IMG/VR virus record: IMGVR_UViG_3300027884_000039
Location: 15,113-79,112 of that record
Direction: 5' to 3' (one strand)
DNA: 64,000 nt
Source: a virus
Lineage: Duplodnaviria > Caudoviricetes
In this document: piece by piece, positions 37,932-44,106 of the stretch
How the letters are laid out: every line of letters starts with the position of its first letter
Numbering within the stretch: the stretch's first letter is position 1
The notes under the pieces: model-generated
Told to the model about the DNA's origin: nothing
Seen by the model: the letters and a program-made list of their open reading frames with translations, nothing else
Databases searched by the model: none
Position numbers and translations under genes: made by a program

Positions 37932-38071
37932 CGTGGTGTCAAGCTGACCAGAGCGGAAGGGCACAGGTTCGAATCCTGTCTCGGCCTCCAGATCATTCGA
38001 TCCGGAGGCCGAGTAGATACAGCGGCTAGATCATTCTGCATTTTAGCCTCAGTAAGCTTGAAAACATTGCG
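37932..38071 (+). ncRNA. circularly permuted tRNA-like RNA with YrlA (Y RNA-like) topology
   Basis: order: long stem 5' strand, T-arm ACAGG TTCGAAT CCTGT, closed acceptor stem CTCGGCCTCC/GGAGGCCGAG, D-arm TAGATACAGCGGCTAGATCA, long stem 3' strand. Confidence 0.75.
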
Positions 38072-38137
38072 AACGTCACGCTGACTTGAAAATCAGCAGC
38101 AGACTGAAAATCTGCCCGTGATTTGGGATCACGTTTG

Positions 38138-38169
38138 GGGCCAGGCAGGATACGACCTGGCCCTTTTTT
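38138..38169 (+). terminator. intrinsic terminator
   Basis: GGGCCAGG/CCTGGCCC followed by TTTTTT. Confidence 0.8.
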
Positions 38170-38188
38170 ACGGTTGAAATGCACAATC

Positions 38189-38599
38189 ATGAAAGATAAA
38201 ATCGACTCACTTAGCAAAATCCAACTGGATATGAAAATTGAAGTAGAACATGAAGAAGGAATTCCAATGGCGCGGCGAAAGGCGCCGAGTCTCTATGACC
38301 AATTATTTCCGGACCTCATTATGTTGACAGACAAGAAGAGTTTATTTTTCAAGACGGAAAAGGCAAAAGAAACCCTTACTCAATTTCGCTATTGGCTTAA
38401 AGCATATGAGCAAACACAAAAGGCATTTAATTATTTCGCACAGGTAGGATTTAGTACCCATGATAGGAAGATCGGTATCCGGATTTGGTGTTATGCAAAA
38501 ACGGTGGAACAAAAGAAGCCCCTTAGTACGGCGCAGCAAACGCTTAAAAAACGAGTGAAGAAAAATGCTGCTAAGAAAAAAGCCATAAAACATGAATGA
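38189..38599 (+). CDS. hypothetical basic protein
   Basis: ATG at 38189 after the caatc leader. Confidence 0.55.
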   Translation: MKDKIDSLSKIQLDMKIEVEHEEGIPMARRKAPSLYDQLFPDLIMLTDKKSLFFKTEKAKETLTQFRYWLKAYEQTQKAFNYFAQVGFSTHDRKIGIRIWCYAKTVEQKKPLSTAQQTLKKRVKKNAAKKKAIKHE

Positions 38600-38755
38600 T
38601 CAAGATATTAAAATATTACGAACAGCAGGTGATGGGCAACTCAAATCCGTAACTATTAAATTGGATAATGGGGATGTGTTGCACTTTAACGATCCTTTAA
38701 CATTAATCATATGGAAGGATATATTAAAGCTTGCTGCGGAAAAGGCAGAGAATAT

Positions 38756-38828
38756 GCTGCGGTAGCTCATCGGTTAGAGTAACAGACTGATAGCCTGTTG
38801 GGGGGTGGTTCGATTCCACCTCGCAGCA
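38756..38828 (+). tRNA. tRNA-Ile(GAT)
   Basis: acceptor GCTGCGG/TCGCAGC, D-arm GCTC/GAGT, loop CTGATAG, T-arm GGTGG TTCGATT CCACC; one A.C mismatch in the anticodon stem. Confidence 0.8.
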
Positions 38829-38918
38829 CGATGGTGAGGGAATAAGCGTGGGGGCTGCGATTGCCCGGTCTAACGTCCGAAAGCAGGACGATGCGAATAG
38901 CTCCTCATTAATACTTAA

Positions 38919-39137
38919 ATGATGAAAGAAAAGCAACTCGAATACTTGAACTTCAAAGGGTCTGTTCGGTACCAGTTGGAAGATCAAAAATGGTTTGGGG
39001 AAATCCTGAATATTACAGACTTGGTGTACTACGAAGCCGAATCGATTAAAGGACTGGAAGATGTGTTCAAGGAGGCGGTGGATGATTATCTGGATACCTG
39101 CAAAGAACTTAATAGGGAAATACCCTGGAAAAAATAA
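38919..39137 (+). CDS. HicB-family antitoxin-like protein (no HicA seen)
   Basis: LEYLNFKGSVRY..KWFGEILNITDLVYYEAESIKGLEDVFKEAVDDYL. Confidence 0.8.
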   Translation: MMKEKQLEYLNFKGSVRYQLEDQKWFGEILNITDLVYYEAESIKGLEDVFKEAVDDYLDTCKELNREIPWKK

Positions 39138-39140
39138 TAA

Positions 39141-39231
39141 GCCGAAGTGCCGGAATTGGTAGACGGCATCGATGATATCGATGGAGCTTATACTAGATTA
39201 GCTCGTGGGGGCTCGTATCCTCCCTTCGGCT
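39141..39231 (+). tRNA. atypical tRNA-like gene: tRNA-Leu-type body with GAT in the anticodon position
   Basis: acceptor GCCGAAG/CTTCGGC, Leu-type D-loop GAATTGGTAGAC, long variable arm GAGCT/AGCTC, stem CATCG ATGATAT CGATG, T-loop CTCGTAT. Confidence 0.6.
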
Positions 39232-39235
39232 CAAT

Positions 39236-39577
39236 ATGGCCTACTCATTCTTAACCAATATTCCCGATGAGGTGGTACCCCTGCTGATTCGGGCACAGAC
39301 CAATGCAGGGTTTGAGGCATATAGTTTCAAGCGCTATATTGACGGAAGAGGTTTATGCGGATTGATGCCAATGACTTTTACAATAGGACTGTTTTATGGT
39401 CTTGATGCGGATGGTAACTATACTGGTCGATATTGTTTTGCTGATTTGGCTCCCGCTAAGTTAGCAATAGAGACCTGGGACGGTATAGGTGATCCGCCAG
39501 GACCCTGGATTAAGCACAATGGCATACCCACATACTACAATCCCGAGTGGGTGAGGGAAAATAACTATATTCAATAA
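39236..39577 (+). CDS. conserved phage hypothetical protein
   Basis: GLCGLM.M.FTIGLFYGLD..YTGRYCF..WDGIGDPPGPWIKH. Confidence 0.7.
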   Translation: MAYSFLTNIPDEVVPLLIRAQTNAGFEAYSFKRYIDGRGLCGLMPMTFTIGLFYGLDADGNYTGRYCFADLAPAKLAIETWDGIGDPPGPWIKHNGIPTYYNPEWVRENNYIQ

Positions 39578-39581
39578 TAAT

Positions 39582-39998
39582 ATGTCCAATCAATTCTTCC
39601 GTAAACGCCCATTAACCAAGGATTGCCGCCCCTTCCGGGCTGGGCATTACTTTGTCTACTATCATGATCCACGGCCCCCCTTCCTGGAAGCCAGGGGATG
39701 TATAGAATATGATGGAGAGCGGTTCGAAGACCCGATTTTTAGCGATCCAAAGGAGCGCGCCAAATGGAAAGGGATTCAGCCGACCCATTGGCTGGACAAT
39801 TATGAGCCTCCAAGGCCACCAAAAGAATTACCCACGGCGATCAGAAATATGGTTACCGACAGCATTAAGAAGCTGCCGGTAGAGGAATTATTAGACTTGA
39901 TTCCCGATGCGGAGGAAACGACCGAATTGCCAGCAGCGGAGGAAGAGATCGACACCTTGTTCGAATTTCCCGCCAGCTATGAAAAAAGAAAGCGGTAA
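39582..39998 (+). CDS. hypothetical protein
   Basis: 138-aa ORF, PTHWL motif, acidic tail. Confidence 0.6.
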   Translation: MSNQFFRKRPLTKDCRPFRAGHYFVYYHDPRPPFLEARGCIEYDGERFEDPIFSDPKERAKWKGIQPTHWLDNYEPPRPPKELPTAIRNMVTDSIKKLPVEELLDLIPDAEETTELPAAEEEIDTLFEFPASYEKRKR

Positions 39999-40277
39999 AT
40001 GAAACAGTGCACCTTAAAAGCGTTTTTTGAGGAAAGCGGATTGTCGCAGCGAGCTGTGGCGCAGGAGGCCCAAATAGATTATGCACTTATGCGACAATAC
40101 GTATCTGGTGTTAAAGAGCCTTCAGCACAGCGGTTGGAGTCCATTGAGTCAGCAATACATCGAATTGCACAGAAGCTGTCGCAGATCGAATTGGTAACGA
40201 TCTATTACGATATTGGTTTTGAGAAGGCTATGATGATACTAGCCAGGAGTAAGCCGATTAAAAAGAAGAAACGATGA
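39999..40277 (+). CDS. XRE-family HTH protein
   Basis: LSQRAVAQEAQIDYALMRQYVSGVKEPSAQRL. Confidence 0.85.
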   Translation: MKQCTLKAFFEESGLSQRAVAQEAQIDYALMRQYVSGVKEPSAQRLESIESAIHRIAQKLSQIELVTIYYDIGFEKAMMILARSKPIKKKKR

Positions 40278-41569
40278 AATACATAGCCTCCCTCATCTGT
40301 TGTCTTGCTGCACTGAACCTGCATGCCCAAATCCCTCCGGGGCCAACGGTCTATGCACGCCTGGATAAATACACCTGCCTTCCGCTAGATACCGTTCACT
40401 TCGAAGTGCATCCTATTCGCGACAAAGAGACTAATTTGTACGTCGAAGTTTATACCGATACCTTTCTATTGTCGCGCAAGACTTTTCCGATGCCACAGAC
40501 CGCTATTAAAGGTTACTTGGTGGCACCAGCCATACCTGGCGAATACTGGGTGCGGATATATACCTATACCTCTAATTTCTATGTCACGCTCCTGTCTGTG
40601 GGCGCTCCAGGCAGTAGGCCAAAATTACGCCACTTGCAGGGGCCACTTATTATCGATGATAGCCTGAAAAAGCTACTTGCCCAATTCCCGGATACCTGCG
40701 CCATCAATTCCGGCTATTTATTCCTGCCTAACAACGATCCTAGTAACCATCATGAAACCGACTGGCTAGAATTTAACGGAGTGATCCGTTACAATAACCG
40801 AAAACACCAGCTTGCCAAAGGAGAAGAGTTGGTCATCTTGGTTGACAAGGATAGTACCTACAGACGGTTGCTAGTCCCTATTGACAGCAATGGAGAGTTT
40901 CATCTGACAGGTTTCTACTTTTATGATACGGCGTTCTTCAACTTTGAGATCAATACGCTCTCGGACGACAAGCCGGATATCACGGTAACTCCCATAGAAA
41001 AACAATACCCCTCATTTATTCCACCAGATATGTATGTCGTGGATACGACGACCTATGTGGCGAATAGCAGGATGCCAATCGATACCGTGTTCGCCGATTC
41101 GCTGCATTATATGGCACCGGCTTATGTAACGCCCAGATGGACAATGCGCAATGCGGTTTTAGATCATAGGTATGCCACCGGCTATTTCGCCGGGTTCTCC
41201 AGGTATAACTATGATCTTAGGGATACCAGTGCTACGAAATATTCGTCCAGTTTAGCCGACTTTCTTCGGCAACAGTTGGGGGGTAGTCCTCGGGGCGGAG
41301 TTCCGGTCGGCCCTCGCCAGTTCCCATTTGGGGAATATAGGGTCTACATTGATCAGCAGGAACTGCGAGACGTGAAACTATTGGATGACTTAGACATCCA
41401 TGAAGACTTGGCATACGTGAAGATCATCGAAGATATGAACCCTGGCATCATGGGTCGGATGATGGACGAGCGGCCTATAATGGCTATCTACAAACGCAAG
41501 GATAAAGACTGCTGGTCGATCCCTGGGAAGCTCAAGCGGATTGGGGTAGTCGGGTATGCGAAAATATAA
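40274..41569 (+). CDS. secreted protein resembling a shortened Bacteroidota MG2-domain/TonB-plug outer-membrane family protein
   Basis: signal peptide (..LNLHAQ), VYARLDKY..P.DTVHF, GEFHLTGFYFYDTA, YIDQQ..LAYVKI..MAIYKRK, GVVGYAK. Confidence 0.6.
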   Translation: MKYIASLICCLAALNLHAQIPPGPTVYARLDKYTCLPLDTVHFEVHPIRDKETNLYVEVYTDTFLLSRKTFPMPQTAIKGYLVAPAIPGEYWVRIYTYTSNFYVTLLSVGAPGSRPKLRHLQGPLIIDDSLKKLLAQFPDTCAINSGYLFLPNNDPSNHHETDWLEFNGVIRYNNRKHQLAKGEELVILVDKDSTYRRLLVPIDSNGEFHLTGFYFYDTAFFNFEINTLSDDKPDITVTPIEKQYPSFIPPDMYVVDTTTYVANSRMPIDTVFADSLHYMAPAYVTPRWTMRNAVLDHRYATGYFAGFSRYNYDLRDTSATKYSSSLADFLRQQLGGSPRGGVPVGPRQFPFGEYRVYIDQQELRDVKLLDDLDIHEDLAYVKIIEDMNPGIMGRMMDERPIMAIYKRKDKDCWSIPGKLKRIGVVGYAKI

Positions 41570-41858
41570 TCAATTCGATATGACAGCAGACGAACTATAC
41601 GACCATATCACTAAACAAATAACGCCTGAACGCGCGCTAAGGATGTTGCTGCGTTCGACTGTAGATAAGACTTATGCGCTGGAAAAGCAGTACAAGGAGA
41701 TTGTCTTGGAACAAGGCGATTGCCCATTGTTAATCATGGTCGCCTGCGGACTGCTTATGGACTGGCATTTGGCTGTTGAGAAAGGAAAAGACGATGACCC
41801 CGTTCGTGGGATTACAATGGGGACGGAAGAATATTTGAAAAGCATTTTCGGACATTAA
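41556..41858 (+). CDS. hypothetical protein
   Basis: 100-aa ORF (possible start 41580). Confidence 0.55.
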   Translation: MRKYNQFDMTADELYDHITKQITPERALRMLLRSTVDKTYALEKQYKEIVLEQGDCPLLIMVACGLLMDWHLAVEKGKDDDPVRGITMGTEEYLKSIFGH

Positions 41859-41954
41859 AAAAGGGTATGCCCTGAGGTGAGCAGGGTGGACTGGAAGGTC
41901 CCCCTTTTTTATTTCAAATTTTCGTTGTATCATTGTACAACGAAAATCATTACC

Positions 41955-42167
41955 ATGTTTTATTTAAATCACCGCATAGAGCAGTTCTTCCAATACTTAC
42001 CCATCGCTTATTTTATCGCAGCGAGCCTTATTTATGCAGGTTATATCTTCCTGCTGCTATTTGTCAAAAAGAGCGAGGAAGCTAAGTGGATATATAGAAG
42101 TTCTCTTCGGGAAATCTTGCAGGCTACCCTTTATTTTCTCTCCATTTTTCTCACTTTCTTGCCCTAA
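41955..42167 (+). CDS. small 2-TM membrane protein
   Basis: ATG at 41955, two hydrophobic helices; lies downstream of a palindromic operator-like site. Confidence 0.55.
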   Translation: MFYLNHRIEQFFQYLPIAYFIAASLIYAGYIFLLLFVKKSEEAKWIYRSSLREILQATLYFLSIFLTFLP

Positions 42168-42169
42168 AC

Positions 42170-42372
42170 GGTGCCAAGGCAGTGCCAGCACAGTGCCAAA
42201 ATCAGTCAAAAACTACCCACATGTATACAGCCAACACGTTGAAAATCAATGATGCCATATCGCCGGACCACCGTCCGTTGATACAGGCGATCAATCGTAG
42301 AAATTTTAAGCCGCTGAAAATCAGAAAGTTCGTATTTTTAGAGAACAAAAATGCCAACGCAGTGCCAAAACG
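42170..42372. other. putative attP site
   Basis: TGCCA arm-type repeats with 11-bp period (3 copies in 42171-42199, 2 copies in 42351-42369) flanking ~150 bp that contains AATCAA/AATCAG IHF-like boxes, directly before int. Confidence 0.5.
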
Positions 42373-43615
42373 AGAATTCGTTTATTTCCAGAAGGTTAGG
42401 CTCGTCCAGGGCAAACGGATGTACGTAGAATATTACTTCCGCATTCCCCGTGACCTCACCGAAAAGCTTCCCGCCTCCCTCATTAAAAAGGAGTGGGTAG
42501 ACGCTACTGGTCGGCTCAATCAATGGGCTCGTTTTCGGGTTTTTGAGAACATCAATAAGATCAAGGACCCCGACTATCCCCAGGTGCTCCTCCAGGGAGT
42601 CAAGGATGCCCTGAGCAATCGTGAACAACCCTTGGACCCCTTCCAGGAATTAATCAGGGAATATAACCGTATCAAGGTAGAAGAACAAGCTGTCCAACAA
42701 GCCCAGGTCCAGATTGTCACGGTGGCGAGTGCCATGGAAAAATTCCTGAAGAATTATCCCAAGGGTACCGATACCTGGAAAAGTCATTGCGTAACCAAGA
42801 GTATTTTGATCGAAGGCTTGCAGGACCGGTTCGACGGCTCTATTGCCTCCCTGACAACTACAGACCTACGGGAGATGCTGAACCTCATGTACGAAGCCAA
42901 GGAATGGACGAAAAGTACCTTTAATGATAAGGTTGGCAAACTCAAAACCTTCTTTGAATTTTGCAAAGAGACCGGCATCTTGCCGGTTAATACTGCCGAA
43001 CTGCTGAAGAAAAAACCCAAGGTTGGCAAGAGTCGCCACATGTATTACGACAAGGAGATGGGGGAGAAAGTAGTAACCCTGCTGTTAAAACACCCGTCGG
43101 CCTTCGGCAAGCAAACTCACGAGTTCTGCCAGGTCATTTATTATACCTGTACGCGGCCTGACAAGGAAACCCGAGCGCTACGGTGTAAGGATATCCTATG
43201 GGATCGTCATCAGATATATATTCCGGCTGACCGGGCCAAGGGAGGCGCAGCCGGGTATATCGATATGGTGCCAGAACTGGAGACTATGCTACGTGCAATG
43301 AAGATCGACACGATGCCGGGGGAATGGTTTCTATTTGGCTCGGAAGGCAAGCCGGGTCCGGTCTGCCACCGGGAATCATATCTCAGCGAATTTTTCCGCA
43401 AAGAAATCCGGGAACCGAACGGCATTTCGGAGGAGTACACCCTTTATGGATGGAAACATACCCGGATCACCCACCTCTTCCAGGATGGGGCCAGCATCCA
43501 GGAAATTATGCACCAATGCAGGCATACCACCCCCAGCGAAACGGAGAAATATTTATATAAAGACTTGGGCCTCAAGCCGCGCGTGGATACCAATAAAAAA
43601 ACTAGGGAATTTTAA
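42362..43615 (+). CDS. int: tyrosine recombinase (phage integrase)
   Basis: SAM-like core-binding domain, YTCTRPDKETRALR, YGWKHTRITH, CRHT..TEKY; start uncertain (in-frame GTG 42362, ATG 42221, GTG 42182). Confidence 0.9.
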   Translation: MPKREFVYFQKVRLVQGKRMYVEYYFRIPRDLTEKLPASLIKKEWVDATGRLNQWARFRVFENINKIKDPDYPQVLLQGVKDALSNREQPLDPFQELIREYNRIKVEEQAVQQAQVQIVTVASAMEKFLKNYPKGTDTWKSHCVTKSILIEGLQDRFDGSIASLTTTDLREMLNLMYEAKEWTKSTFNDKVGKLKTFFEFCKETGILPVNTAELLKKKPKVGKSRHMYYDKEMGEKVVTLLLKHPSAFGKQTHEFCQVIYYTCTRPDKETRALRCKDILWDRHQIYIPADRAKGGAAGYIDMVPELETMLRAMKIDTMPGEWFLFGSEGKPGPVCHRESYLSEFFRKEIREPNGISEEYTLYGWKHTRITHLFQDGASIQEIMHQCRHTTPSETEKYLYKDLGLKPRVDTNKKTREF

Positions 43616-43812
43616 TTCGTTGTATTATCTTAGCTGCTCTTTTAGTAGCTGGTGACTCGGCTTCGTGTGATTTCCTCTCAAGAGCCCCCTTTATCCCAGG
43701 GGGCTTTTTTTATTCGGTGTATTATTGTATATTTATTTGTCGGGCCAGAAAAACCCGATGATAGTTTTGATCTGGCAGAGATGCCCTCGAAACATAGGAT
43801 AAGTTTAATACC

Positions 43813-43834
43813 GGCCCCGGTTTCTACTGGGGCC
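43813..43834. terminator. hairpin with GTTTCTAC loop between convergent blocks
   Basis: GGCCCCGGT TTCT ACTGGGGCC. Confidence 0.5.
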
Positions 43835-43840
43835 TCACCA

Positions 43841-44089
43841 TTATAAAGACGTTGGTGTAATACTGCAAGCCGCATCCAGCGAAGTCACGAGCGCCTGTAG
43901 CACCGTCGCCCAACTCGGCTTAAAGAATCCCAACAAACTCTCCAAAAAGACCATGGCCGGCCTTGCTACGCTATAAATGCCACATAGGTTAACGGTTTTA
44001 TCCGCTCCGGGGACGGCAGCCAGCAGGTGCTGGTGATCGGCAATGTGACTATCGATCTGCTCCATCGTCATTCCTTTAATAGGTTGCAT
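43841..44089 (-). CDS. hypothetical protein
   Basis: 82-aa ORF ending the virion operon. Confidence 0.6.
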   Translation of the reverse strand: MQPIKGMTMEQIDSHIADHQHLLAAVPGADKTVNLCGIYSVARPAMVFLESLLGFFKPSWATVLQALVTSLDAACSITPTSL

Positions 44090-44106
44090 AACTATAATTT
44101 TAGTGG

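Noticed and set aside
37932-38071. Ordinary tRNA or tmRNA
   Set aside because: Arms occur in permuted order with a closed acceptor stem, no CCA end, no anticodon loop and no tag reading frame
42182-42361. N-terminal 60-aa extension of the integrase given by the ORF track
   Set aside because: It overlaps the attP-like arm repeats and is non-domain-like; a start at 42362 is more plausible, though unproven
43813-43834. Resemblance of TTTCTACT to the Cas12a repeat
   Set aside because: Different hairpin register, copies are isolated terminator-like stems with no spacers, and no cas gene is present
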